Assembly: GCA_951406725.2 (NCBI GenBank)
Contig: OX597821.1
Location: forward strand, 67,270,001-67,334,000
Origin: Octopus vulgaris
Taxonomy: Eukaryota
DNA: 64,000 nt
Reading direction: 5' to 3'
The notes under the pieces are model-generated. The model worked only from the letters and a program-made list of their open reading frames with translations, had not been told where the DNA came from and did no database searches. A program made the position numbers and the translations under genes. Below, in pieces: positions 1 through 11,348 of this stretch (the stretch's first letter is position 1; each line of letters opens with the position of its first letter).

Positions 1-391
1 ACTTCCGGCAGTGTATATTTCGTTTGTCACTGTTATTTATGACAACCCTAATCCTAAAACCCTAACCCTAACCCTAAAACCTTAAAAATAAAACTAGTAC
101 AAACGCACGAACGATGTCATAAATAACAGTGACAAACGAAAAATACACCGCCGATAGTTGTTGACAAACAATGGCAGTAATTTTATTCAGCTGAATACAC
201 GTCATTGGTTGGTTGAAATTACCGAAATACTACAACTTTAACGTGAATTAACTTTCTAAATATAAGCTTTTCTCAAAAACGCTAAGAGTAAAAGATGTTT
301 TATATGACACATTCTTCCAGTGTCCGAAGTTTGAAAGTGTTTAGTTACCAAAAATCATTTTTTAAATCTGTCGGTGAAAAGGTAAAGATCC
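1..391. mobile_element. Right part of a non-autonomous DNA element (MITE-like) containing an internal hairpin with telomere-like repeats
   Basis: 39-bp inverted repeat 6-44 / 115-153 (37/39 match) around CCCTAA-type repeats. Sequence character changes after ...GGTAAAGATCC at 391, the putative terminus. The left end lies outside the window. Confidence 0.5.
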
Positions 392-883
392 ATTTTTTTT
401 TTTGCCAGGTTAGCTATCCAGCCATCGTTCTTCCTTAACTTCGGTAAATAATAGCTAAAACTTTATTTCAAACTAAGGCAGTAGGAGATTCAGTGGAACA
501 TAATGAACGACTGAATGGAAAGACCATAAGTAGTTGAGGTAAGAACGGGTTATAGTTAAACAGCTAACAATAACTTAAATAGAAATGTATCCTTAAGGTT
601 TTTCTTATTTTCTACCTCCGCCCCTCCTACTACTACTCTACTCCTTCCATCATCATCATCATCATCACCTTTTATGTCTTCTTCCTTGTCTATGCATTTC
701 TCCACTTATTATTTCATTTCCTTCCACTTATCTCTCCTCTAAATACCCTTATTCCCATCTTCCTCTTTTCTCTCTTTTTTCCCCAATTCTCTTGCTCATC
801 GTACTTTCTTCGTCATAATTGCTTGTGTATTACACGTGCACACACATACACACTTCCCCCTCTCTCATTCTCTCCTCCTCTGT

Positions 884-914
<31 letters not shown>

Positions 915-927
915 TCATACACAGATA

Positions 928-994
<67 letters not shown>

Positions 995-1699
995 ATTATA
1001 TATATACCTACACGTAAGTATGCATATAGGTTATGTTTGCATATACCATTTTTTAGATATTTTCCAATTCTTTTTTCGTTGTAAAATGCATATCTTAAAA
1101 TATGTTTTACAATTTTTATATCCATTCACTTAACACACAATGAACGAATTGATAATTACATAGCTTAATATTACGAAAACTAACCAAGCATATAGGATAA
1201 TAGAACATTTAATAACCACATCATTACCATACACATAGTGTTTCTTTATTTTTTCTCCTTCTTTTATGCTGCATCAATTTTCATATGAGACTGTAATTAG
1301 AAAATTCTTACGACAAATTAATAAAAATTAGTTATTCTTTTATGAAGAATATTTAATATATTTTCTTCCGTTGAATAAACATTTTTTTAATGATTTTCAT
1401 ATAATCTCCAAGTAGCCCAGATGGAATAAGAGAGATTTGTGGTTTCAAATAAATTCTAGCAATCAATAAACACATTGATTCATATTTTAAACACATCTGT
1501 TGTAAATGTGAGAAAATTGAGTTATGCTGGATTCTGATTTAAGGGTGTCTTCGGCGATAATATGCAAACGAAGCAGAAATTAAAACTGCGAAAATAAGAT
1601 GCCTTTCGAAAATCACAAGCTCTTCAGCTAAGCTGAAGGAAACGCCTGTAAATTTCATATATCATAAAATTTCCAAGTCAGAAATTAAGTCTTCAGAAA

Positions 1700-2760
1700 G
1701 GCATCGTAACGAAAAATTCCTAACTCCCACAGGTGATAACGAAAAGAAGGAGCCAGATTGTCGATATTGAAGAACAGTACTGAAATGGGCGCCAACTGGA
1801 GACAATCAGAGGATCGACTTCAAGGGTTGTCAGAAGAATTGAGGAAACATACATTATGCTAGGGATCAAAAAAGGCGGTGAGGTGACAGAAACGTTACCA
1901 CGCCGGGTGAAATGCTTAACGGTATTTCGTCTGCCGTTACGTTCTGAGTTCAAATTCCGCCGAGGTCGACTTTGCATTTCCTCCTTTCGGGGTCGACAAA
2001 ATAAGTACCAGTTACGCACTGGGGTCGATGTAATCGACTTAATCCGTTTGTCTCTCCTTGTTTGTCCTCTCTGTGTTTAGCCCCTTGTTGGTAGTAAAGA
2101 TATAGGTATTTCGTCTGCCGCTACGTTCTGAGTTCAAATTCCGCCGAGGTCGACTTTGCATTTCATCCTTTCGGGGTCGACAAAATAAGTACCAGTTACG
2201 CACTGGGGTCGATGTAATCGACTTAATCCGTTTGTCTCTCCTTGTTTGTCGTCTCTGTGTTTAGCCCCTTGTAGGTAGTAACGAAATATGTATTACGTCT
2301 GTCTTTACGTTTTAATTTCAGATTCCCCCAAGGTCGACTTTGCATTTCATCCTTTCGGGGTCGATGAAATAAGTACCAGTTACGCACTGGGGTCGATGTA
2401 ATCGACTTAATCCCTTTGTCTGTCCTTGTTTGTCACCTCTATGTTTAGCCCCTTCTGAACAATAAAGAAATAAGAAACGTTAACACACTGGGCGAAATGC
2501 TTAGCGGTATTTTGTCTGTCTTTACGTTTTGAGTTCAAATTCCGCCGAGGTCGACTTTGCCTTTCATCCTTTCGCGGTCGATTAATTAAGTACCAGTTGC
2601 GTAGTGGGGTTGATCTAATCGACTCGCTCCCTCTCCTCTCCCGCAATTTCGGGCCTTGTGCCGAGAGTAGAAAAGAATATGCTAGGAGTCAAAAACGCTG
2701 GAGGAGACCTACCACACAATGAGCAAGCATGTGCGGAACGAACTGGCTGAATGAATGTCA
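1700..2760 (+). mobile_element. Decayed RTE-like LINE 3' fragment interrupted by a SINE array
   Basis: Translation RTVLKWAPTG near 1772-1801 resembles the RTE C-terminal L.W.P.G.R.RGRP motif. The sequence resumes after the SINE TSD at 2695. Confidence 0.35.
1873..2677 (+). mobile_element. tRNA-derived SINE (Meta-domain-like core), four-unit concatemer
   Basis: Head 1873-1920; units 1921-2104, 2105-2288, 2289-2472 (184 bp each); final unit 2473-2677 with an alternative tail. B-box GAGTTCAAATTCC and core GTCGACTTTGCMTTTCATCCTTTCGGGGTCGA...AAGTACCAG. TSD TATGCTAGG(GA/AG)TCAAAAA at 1855-1872 and 2678-2695. Confidence 0.9.
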
Positions 2761-3468
2761 AAAACCACGAACATGTCACTTCAAGATAACGAAGTAATCG
2801 CTATTCTAAGTACATTAAAATTAATGATAGATTTGTTCGTCTGTTATCATAGAAGATCAGACGTTGAAAACTGTTTCGGTCTTAGGCACAGAACAAATTG
2901 CTGGCAACAAGTTTAGAACCACATCTCATATTCTGTCTCTTATCATCGACTGAGGTTAACTATTATATGACCGGACTGACTACGAAGGAAATCACATAAA
3001 GTATTACATTTCTAACAGAACACGGTTTGAATCCTGTTTTCCTTTTTTTTTTATATTTCTTGGCACCATATCAGCGTGATAACGTCAACAGATTATTAAA
3101 TGCTAACAACTGCACGTTTTGGCTGTTGGTTAAGTGGAATGTAAGTAGATATTGTACGACATCATGACAGACTAAAGTCTGTGCAGCATAAATTTACCAT
3201 GTGCATACACATAATTATGTTTATTCTCAACATATCTCATTTTGCCATATGCTTGATACACATTATTATTATCATTGCAGTTGTCTGATATTTTTTTTAT
3301 TGATTCTCATAACTTATGAAAGACTGCGTGCATTGGATAAATGCAATAATTTTCAGGCTTGTCTATTGTATTTGAAACTACCTTCCGCTATAATTGTGCA
3401 GCACTTTTTAGTTCAAGCTTTTGATTATTGTGGACGCGTGCTTCTCTTGGTATTTGGGTCGTTAATGC

Positions 3469-3547
<79 letters not shown>

Positions 3548-3550
<3 letters not shown>

Positions 3551-3733
3551 TAGTTTTATTTTTATAGCGTGCTTTCACTTCACTACCGAGCGCAGCTCTG
3601 TGTGCCTTGGGTATGTGCTGTGATTTGTTGTGATGCTCTGATGGTTATTGTATGGAAAGTGTTCTGCGTAGGATGTGTGCAGTGCCTAGTAGTGCAATTT
3701 TCTGTATGTTATATGTGTTTGTAAGTCCTGGTG

Positions 3734-3738
<5 letters not shown>
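3548..3738 (-). mobile_element. R4/Dong LINE family A, 5'-truncated 3' end (about 190 bp)
   Basis: Minus strand encodes KTPGLTNTYNIQKIALLGTAHILRRTLSIQ*, an R4-clade C-terminus, followed by a 3'UTR. Flanked by (TAA)n on both sides. Near-identical to 27187-27377. Confidence 0.9.
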
Positions 3739-3816
<78 letters not shown>

Positions 3817-3834
3817 CATTATTATTATTATTAT

Positions 3835-4048
3835 AAAAGCAGTGAGCTAGTAGAATCCTCATTGTACCCAGGAAAATGCTTAGCGGCATTTCGTCCGTCT
3901 TCACATTCAAAGTTCAAATTTTGCCGCATTTAACTTTGCCTTTCATCCTTTCGGGGACGATAAATTCAGTACCAGTTGAGTACTGATGTCGAAGTGATCG
4001 ACTGTCGCCCACCGTCAAAATCCAGGCCTTGTGCCCACAATAGAAAGG

Positions 4049-4049
<1 letters not shown>
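3835..4049 (+). mobile_element. Meta-like tRNA SINE monomer inside a (TTA)n tract
   Basis: Head AAGCAGTGAGCTAGTAGAATC, B-box AGTTCAAAT, core CTTTGCCTTTCATCCTTTCGGGG, tail GGCCTTGTGCC...GAAAGGATT. Confidence 0.85.
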
Positions 4050-4119
<70 letters not shown>

Positions 4120-4121
<2 letters not shown>

Positions 4122-5731
4122 TATGTTTGACTTTTGCTTTATGACTGTACAAGTTGGCTCCAAGTCTCACCCAGAGACCTCAAGAGACAACAGGTTGGAA
4201 GTTCTGTGCCATATATTTTTGGTGTTGTACTAGTGAATGTCTAATACATAAAAATAAAATTTTAAAAAAAAGTTTGTTTTAAACCTTGGGATTACGTAGA
4301 GAGTATTTTGCGTAGGATATGAGCAGTTCCTATGAGCACTATCTTTTGAATTTCTGCCATTTTGGGGTTTCCTGGTATCTGGGTTAGGTAGCAATCAGTC
4401 CCTTTCGCTATCATTCCCAGGGCACCTATGTCAACAGGTATTGTTTTAGTCTTCAGCTTCCACATTTTACTGATTTCTATTTCAAGATCTTTATATTTGC
4501 TCAGTTTTTGGTAGGTCTTGACAGATACGTTTATATCGATTGGGACAGTCATATCAATGAGGAGGCATGTTCTTTGCCTGAAGTCTTTCAATATGATGTC
4601 TGGCCTATTTGCATCTATCTTCCGGTCAGTTTGAATGGTGAAGTTCCAGAAGAGTGAGATGTGGCCATTTTCAAGCACTGGAGGTGGATTGTGTTCCCAC
4701 CAGTTTTTTTCATGGGGCAAATTCAGGTTTTTGCAAATTACCCAGTGAATATATTGTGCAGCTCTATCATGCCTGTTGAGGTACTCTGTAGGCGCTAGAA
4801 GACTGCATTTGGAGACAACATGATCAATGGTTTCATTTTGTTGTCGGCATACACGACATGTTGGGCTACTGCCGTTCTTTAATATGTTGGCCTGGTAGTT
4901 TCTTGTTGGTAGGCGTTGATCTTGAGCTGCTATGATAAACCCCTCTGTTTCAGATTTTAAGCCAGAGGCCATTAGCCATTGATGGGTCAGGGCTTTGTCA
5001 ATATCTGAATTATTCGCTCTCTTTGGGTATTTTCCATAGAGAGGTTTTTCTTGCCATTTATTATTCAGAATATCTAAGGCCGCAGTTTTGGCACGGGTTT
5101 TCATGCGCTTAGCTTTTTCTGTGCTTGTTTCTTGTATGTCTATCTCTAATTCCGAAATTGGTTGTATTCGGAATTCACTTAGATATTCCTTTGCCTGTTT
5201 TGTGACTGAGTATGATGCTTTCTTGTTTTCATGTTTTGAGACAAGTTTTAACATCCAGTCCTCAGAGTTTTTCAGGTAGGTGTCTAGGCCAATTGTAGCA
5301 ATCTTCATTGTTATTGCCAGTTGCAAAAGACCACGGCCTCCCTCTTTTCTTGGCAGATAGAGTCGTTCTGTATCTGCCTTAGGGTGGTGCATTCTATGCA
5401 TTGTCAACAGTTTCCTTATTTTTCTGTCGAGCTGACATATTTCAGTAATTGACCAGTTAACAATATTGAAACTGTAAGTCACGACTGGTATGGCTAATGC
5501 ATTGATCGCTTCGATCCTGTTTCTTGCATTCAGCTCTGTCTTGAGTATTGCTCTCACTCTTCGATAGCATTCTCTCCTGATCCTTTCTTTCATCTCTGAA
5601 TGCCTTATTCCGTTCCCTTCAATTACCCCTAGGTACTTGTAGCTTTCCGCTGGGTCTAGTTCTTTTATGACATTCTGCTGGTCAAGGTTAACGTTAGATG
5701 TTTCTGTCATTTTTCCTTTGATAAAGGTAGC

Positions 5732-5733
<2 letters not shown>
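4120..5733 (-). mobile_element. R4/Dong LINE family B, 5'-truncated copy
   Basis: Begins at KATFIKGK (end of RT) directly after (TAA)n. 3'UTR 4120-4291 runs into (TAA)n. Confidence 0.93.
4292..5710 (-). CDS. Uninterrupted C-terminal ORF of R4/Dong family B (RT thumb, CCHC zinc knuckle, restriction-like endonuclease); 5'-truncated, so not a functional gene
   Basis: Motifs YKYLG, HPKAD..RLYLPRKEGGRGL, SETEGFIIAAQDQ, CRVC-x7-H-x4-C, RHD, NRPDIILKD..LLID, KLSKYKDL, GTAHILRK. Confidence 0.9.
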   Translation of the reverse strand: MTETSNVNLDQQNVIKELDPAESYKYLGVIEGNGIRHSEMKERIRRECYRRVRAILKTELNARNRIEAINALAIPVVTYSFNIVNWSITEICQLDRKIRKLLTMHRMHHPKADTERLYLPRKEGGRGLLQLAITMKIATIGLDTYLKNSEDWMLKLVSKHENKKASYSVTKQAKEYLSEFRIQPISELEIDIQETSTEKAKRMKTRAKTAALDILNNKWQEKPLYGKYPKRANNSDIDKALTHQWLMASGLKSETEGFIIAAQDQRLPTRNYQANILKNGSSPTCRVCRQQNETIDHVVSKCSLLAPTEYLNRHDRAAQYIHWVICKNLNLPHEKNWWEHNPPPVLENGHISLFWNFTIQTDRKIDANRPDIILKDFRQRTCLLIDMTVPIDINVSVKTYQKLSKYKDLEIEISKMWKLKTKTIPVDIGALGMIAKGTDCYLTQIPGNPKMAEIQKIVLIGTAHILRKILST

Positions 5734-5796
<63 letters not shown>

Positions 5797-5797
<1 letters not shown>

Positions 5798-8700
5798 TTT
5801 ACTTTTTTTTCTTCTTTCAAATTTGCTTCCATTTCTTGCCGAGTGTCTTCCCGACTCCTAGGGCAAAGAAACTCATAGTATACATTGGTAGGCCATTAAA
5901 CCAAACTCAATAGTTCGTTCCTTTTTTTTTTTTTTTTTAAGTTAAATTAAAATACATGAGCAGCAACAGTTCTCACATCGACAATGCTCTTCTCAATACG
6001 TGTGATGTACCAGTTAAGACAATCTTTTGCACTTCTTGCAGGGATGGTAAGCCAGGGATCATTCTCATATAATTTTCGGTTCCCTTCTTGATCATTCCTA
6101 GTGCTCCTACGATCACTGGTATTGTAACCGCCTTGAGATGCCACATTTTCTCAATTTCAATGAGTAGGTCTTTATATTTTCTGAGTTTGTCAAACTCTTT
6201 CGCTGAGATATTATGATCACAGGGGATGCTCATGTCGATCAATAAGCAAACTTTATTGTTTTGGTCTTTCACAACAATATCTGTTTTATTGGCCTTGATG
6301 GTTCGGTCTGTATGTACTGGAAAGTCCCACAGAATGGTTACATTTTCTCCTTCAGTTACAGCCTCAGGGTGGTGATTATACCACTTGTCGGCAGTTTTGA
6401 TATTGTAATGCCGACTTATTAGCCAGTGTAGATATTGGCCAACTCTGTCATGTCTTAATTTATACTCCACTGGTGCTAAGACTTTACATCCAGAAATTAG
6501 GTGGTCCACTGTTTCAATCATGTCGTTGTAGAATCGGCATTTTGGGTCTGCTCCATTTTTCATCACATTGGCCTGGTAGTTCCGGGTTAATAGGCTTTGA
6601 TCTTGAGCAGCCAGGATGAAACCTTCGCTCTCTGCTTTTAGCCCTGAGCTCCGTAGCCACTGATGGGTTTGCTTCTGGTCAACATCGGCTTGTTTGCTGC
6701 AGGTCACATATTTGCCGTGCAGAGGTTTCTCCTCCCACCTATCAGCCAATTGCTCGTGCGCTTTTTTCGTTGCCATCATTTTCACCTTCTTTGCAACAAT
6801 AGTTGCCGTACTTCCCTCGGGTTGTTCAGTTTGGGTATCCTGCACGAGATCAATAGCAACTTTTTTGCTTTCCTTTATAATAGAATGAAGCTTCTTTCGT
6901 CTCTCGTGATTTTCCACGAGCTTTAGCATCCAGTCATTCGATATTTCGAGATATTTGGCCAGTCCAATTGTGGTTGTTTTGTAACCTAGTTCAAATTGGA
7001 TCAGGCCTCAACCTCCTTGGGCTCTGGGAAGGTAAAGGCGATCTACGTCTGCCTTTGGGTGGTGCATCCTATTACAACTCAGCAGCTTGCGTATTTTCCT
7101 ATCTATATTCTTTACTTCACTCATATTCCAGTTCAATACATTGTAGCTATAAGTAACAACTGGAACTGCTAAGGAATTTACAGCTAACACCTTGTTACGT
7201 GTATTTAGTTCAGATTTCAGGACTGCACGAACTCTCCTATAACATTCCTTCCTGATCTTCTCTTTCATGCTTGCATGCTGAATACCAGAGCCTTCATTTA
7301 TCCCTAAATATTTGTATGTTTGTTCTTGCTCAAGCTCTCTTATGACTGTGTCAACATCTAACACGACTGAATTTGTGGTCTACACTTTCCCTTTCTGGAA
7401 AGTGGCCTTGGCACACTTCTCAAGTTCAAACTCCATCCCGATGTTATCGCTGAATGCTTTCACAGTGCGCAATAGGCCTTCAAGTTCATTATTATCTTTA
7501 CCATAAAGTTTTAAGTCATCCATATAAAATAGATGGCTTATTTTTTTATTGGCAATTTTATACCCATACCCTGTTCTGTTTAATTCACTTGTAAGGGGTA
7601 TTAGGGCTATGCAGAATATTAAAGGTGAAAGTGAGTCACCTTGAAAAATTCCACAGTTGATGTTTATATTTTCTGAGGCAAGTACTCCATTAGTGTGGTA
7701 TAATTGGAGATTCGTATTCCACAACGACATATTGTGCTTCAGGAAGTTTGAAATCACAGGGGAAATTTTGAAGATGTCCAGCGATCTCAAGATCCATGGA
7801 TGCGGTATACTGTCGAAGGCCTTTTTATAGTCAATCCATGCGGTGCTGAGATTTCTGCGCTAGTTGTGACAGTTCTCAAGGATCATACGATTGATTAGCA
7901 GTTGATCTTTGCATCCGTAAGAGCCTCGGTGGCACCCTTTTTGTTCAATGGGGAAAATATCGTTCTTCTCCATGAATGCATATGTTTTCTCCGCCAGGAT
8001 AGATGTTAGGATTTTATACGTGGTGGATTGACAGGTTATAGGCCGATAGTTTTTTGAAAGGTTGGTTTCGTTATTCTTTGGGAGTAGGTAAGTAATGCCA
8101 CTTGCTAACCATTCAGGTGTTTTCTTTGGGTTTCTCATAATTCCATTGAGCAGCTGAACTAGCTTACCGTGTGCGCATGGGAGCGATGCGAGCCAGAAAT
8201 TCGGCACCCTATCTTTACCGGGGATTTCCAATTATGGGCCTTCGTGAGTGCCTTTCTTAGGTCTGCTATTGTGATGTCTTCCCATGCTTGTTTTTGTAAA
8301 TTTTGGTAGGATCCTTCAGTTTGTATAATCTAGTCTGCATTTATGTTGTACGTCTTCTTGTCACTCCAAATCCTTTTCCAAAAGTTTTGAACTTCTTCCA
8401 TGGGAGGGGGTCTTTAACGGTTACTTTCTCCTTCCCTATTTCTCTGTAGAAGTTTTTAGCATTGGATGTGAACAGCTTATTTTGCTTGTAAAACTTGTTC
8501 CTCTTCTCAAATCTTCGTATTCTTTGGGCTTTTGCTTGGACTTTTTGTTTCAGCGTTTCTTTTATCGATATCAGTTCTTCTCTTGGTGAGGATCCAAATT
8601 TTCTCTTCATCTTTCTTCCTGTTCTGGATCTTACATCATTTCCACATATTAGTTCATTTAATATTGATATTTCCCTCATAAATTCAATCTCTTTTTCAAT

Positions 8701-9767
8701 TTTACTTCTCCAGGTTTGATTTCTTCCCAGGTTTTGTTTTCTTTGTTTTTTCGGAGGCATACAGCTGGTTTCAATTGCCCTAGCAGAAGCGTAAATAATT
8801 TCATTTAACTCAGTAAAATCAGGTTTTAATTCTTGTATTATTTCATTTGTTACATAGTTGCCAATTTGGATTTGTTTTTTATTTTGGTTTGTATTTGAGA
8901 GTTTATGAAGTGGTTCTCTATCATTCATACTTGTATGTCTTACAACTTCAAGCTTATTCAGGATTTTCTGCCTCATTTCTGCCATAGACTCTCTGTGTTC
9001 TTCAGCAAATGCGAGATCTTCATTTACTGTTGTTTTTTCGTTTTCCTGGCTATCTTTAACAGGTACAATAGAATTTCTTGTATCTTCAGGCCTTTGCGTA
9101 CTTTGGTCAGATGGCAGTCTTTCAATTAAGCCTCGTGGCGGGCTATACTGTTCATCTGATTCTTCATTTCCTTTGTGTCTTATATTTATGTCATTTTCCG
9201 TTGCGTGCTTGATCGCGCTTATTTCACTGTATGTGAATCTGTTATTTCTAAGGATATCCCTCCTCACATTTGCCAATTTGTTCTTGTCCAAATAGGGCCT
9301 ACTGTCTTGATTCCGTGTTCTCCATATACTGTAAGAGTTTGCGGTGTGTCTCTCTTGAGATGGCCTACCTAATGCATAGTAATAAGCGTATATTACTTCT
9401 TTATACTCTTCTCGGGTCCATTTGTTCCACTTACATTTTTCTTTCTGTGGTGGTTGTGGTGGTGAACTTGGAGGGCTCGAGTTGGGGGATTTCCCGTTCA
9501 AGTGACCATCCATGTCCGTATTCGGAGAAGAGTTTGTGCCAGTTGATGATTTTTCGATCCCAGGCTGGCTCTTCCCTGGGGGACGCGCTTCCAGATTAAC
9601 CATAGGACAAGCGATTTGGTATACTGATTTAGTTTTCCTTTTAGTTTCCAAAAACATTTTGGTGCTACGATAATGTTATCATTTTTTAGCTTTGATTGGC
9701 TCGTGGGGAGACGGCCATCATTGCCGTTACAATTATAATCGTACCATTATAGCAGCCGTAGTCGGCT
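5797..9767 (-). mobile_element. R4/Dong LINE family C, near full-length (about 4 kb), inactivated
   Basis: One long ORF broken into five pieces, 3'UTR 5797-5972 ending in (TAA)n. The 5' boundary is uncertain (9660-9767); a TAA-like tract resumes at about 9768. Confidence 0.92.
5973..9657 (-). pseudogene. Disrupted RT-RLE polyprotein of family C (about 1,230 codons)
   Basis: N-terminal KWTREEYKEVIYAYY, NYRPITC, EQKGC, WIDYKKAFDS, GIFQGDSLSP, FYMDDLK, YKYLG, RHD, KYKDL. Stops at about 8331, 7860, 7380, 7008 and 1-bp frameshifts at about 8405 and 8222. Confidence 0.93.
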
Positions 9768-10037
9768 TATTATTGTTATTATCATCACCATTATTATCAC
9801 TATCATCATTATCACCACCATTACCATCATCATTATCATCATCACCATCACCATCATCATCATCAATGATATTGTTTTATGTGTAGTCACAGCAGTATCT
9901 TATTATTGTTATTTTTGTTGTTTTTTTTTCCATTATCACCATCACAGTAGTGTCCGTCTGTCTCGTTGGCTGGCTTGGTGGTTGGCTGGCTGACTGTCTT
10001 CAACGCCAGAGTTCTTGCCTGTCAAATAATACTTTCA

Positions 10038-10104
<67 letters not shown>

Positions 10105-10620
10105 GAGGTGTCGACGTAACAGAATCGATAGAATGTCGCAGGAAATTTACAAGTCTTTGTGTTCTGAGTTCAAATTCCGCTATGGTCGACTTTACCTTTC
10201 ATATTTTGCGGTCAATAGAATAATTACTAGTTGGACACTAGGCTGGATGTAATCGACTTGGCGCTCCCCCTAACATGTTGGCCTTGAGCCAAAATAGGAG
10301 ACCAGTATTGTTATGATTAAAGTAGCAGAAATGTTAGCGCGCCGGATAAAGTGCTTTGCGGCATCTCTTTTGGCTTTTCTTTCCAAGTTCAAATACTCTG
10401 AAAGTCGTCTTTTCTTTTCATCGCTTCGGTATCGACTAAATAAGTACTAGCTGTGCACTGGGATCGATGTAATCGATTAGACTACTTCCACGAATTTTCA
10501 CGTTTGGTGCTTATAGTGGGAAATAGTATCCTTCAGGCAGCGGGTTGGCAAAATCATTTATGCATCGGAGAAAATGCTTCGCAGCATTTCTACCGAATGG
10601 TTATGTTCGTAGTTCATAAG
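10105..10620 (+). mobile_element. Cluster of old, degraded Meta-like SINE copies
   Basis: Remnants of TTCTGAGTTCAAATTCCGC, GTCGACTT...TTTCAT, AAGTACTAG...CTGGG.TCGATGTAATCGA. Confidence 0.7.
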
Positions 10621-10714
10621 GCTGCGAAGAATTCTTGCAATTCCAAACAAATCTGCGTTTTGTAGGTATTCTACCCTCACACTTGCACCGATCGTTTTCA
10701 GCCATCTTGGTGGT

Positions 10715-10850
10715 TTAGTCCAACAAATCGACCCCAGTACTCATTTTTAACCTTGGTACCTTTTCTATTGCCCTCTGTTTTTCAGAAATGCTAAGTTACA
10801 GGAAGGTAGACAATCCATGTCAAACAGCGAGAGGCACAAAAATAAACACA

Positions 10851-10931
<81 letters not shown>

Positions 10932-11040
10932 GTACACCCACACTTTGGGCTTATTTTTGTTTCCAGCTGCCAAATCCGCTCCCATGGCTTTCGTCGGCCC
11001 AGGGCTATAGTAGAAGCCGCCAAAGGTGCCACGCAGTGAG
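10715..11040 (-). mobile_element. Degraded CORE-like SINE with an internal (CA)n
   Basis: Similar to 38783-39194: CAAATCGACCCCAG, GCTAAGTTAC, GTCGGCCC.GGGCTATAGTAGAAG, GTGCCACGCAGTG. Confidence 0.7.
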
Positions 11041-11348
11041 ACGGCTTGCTACGTTATGTAGTTTCGATATGCACTTAAGTCTTCGTGTTTCAGTCATATA
11101 TTTGATAGCATGCTGTTTTTAAATATAATGAAACCATTTATAATTTTTTCCCATTTTTATTCTTTGCGAGCTTATCCTCTTAGGATCAATGAATGGATTA
11201 TATATAGCTGACCTAGTTACTATTTAAAATTCCTATTTAAATTGGTCAAGGATAATGAGTTGCTAACCACACATTCCCAGGCAAGTTAAAAGAAGAGAGT
11301 ATTCATGTAAATCAAAACAATATACAAGAATTTCCTTAAATTAAAATA

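Larger units (their letters stand above)
3470..5796. repeat. (TTA)n/(TAA)n microsatellite blocks separating the retroelement insertions
   Basis: Pure TTA tracts at about 3470-3547, 3739-3833, 4050-4119 and 5733-5796. Confidence 0.95.

Noticed and set aside
45-80. True chromosome end
   Set aside because: Only a few degenerate CCCTAA units, internal to an inverted repeat.
1595-1632. Hammerhead on the minus strand (CUGAAGA...GAAA...UUA)
   Set aside because: Stems I and II do not pair; likely a chance match.
1921-2472. Regular 184-bp repeats suggestive of a CRISPR array or satellite
   Set aside because: No unique spacers and no cas genes; the units are SINE bodies bounded by a TSD.
5973-9657. 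Family C breaks explained as sequencing errors in an active element
   Set aside because: Two breaks are homopolymer indels, but four are substitution stops, including a CGA-to-TGA change, consistent with real decay.
9690-9770. HDV-like ribozyme at the 5' end of family C
   Set aside because: A P3/L3-like CGU-CUCCCC-ACG is present, but I could not build P1, P1.1 or J4/2.
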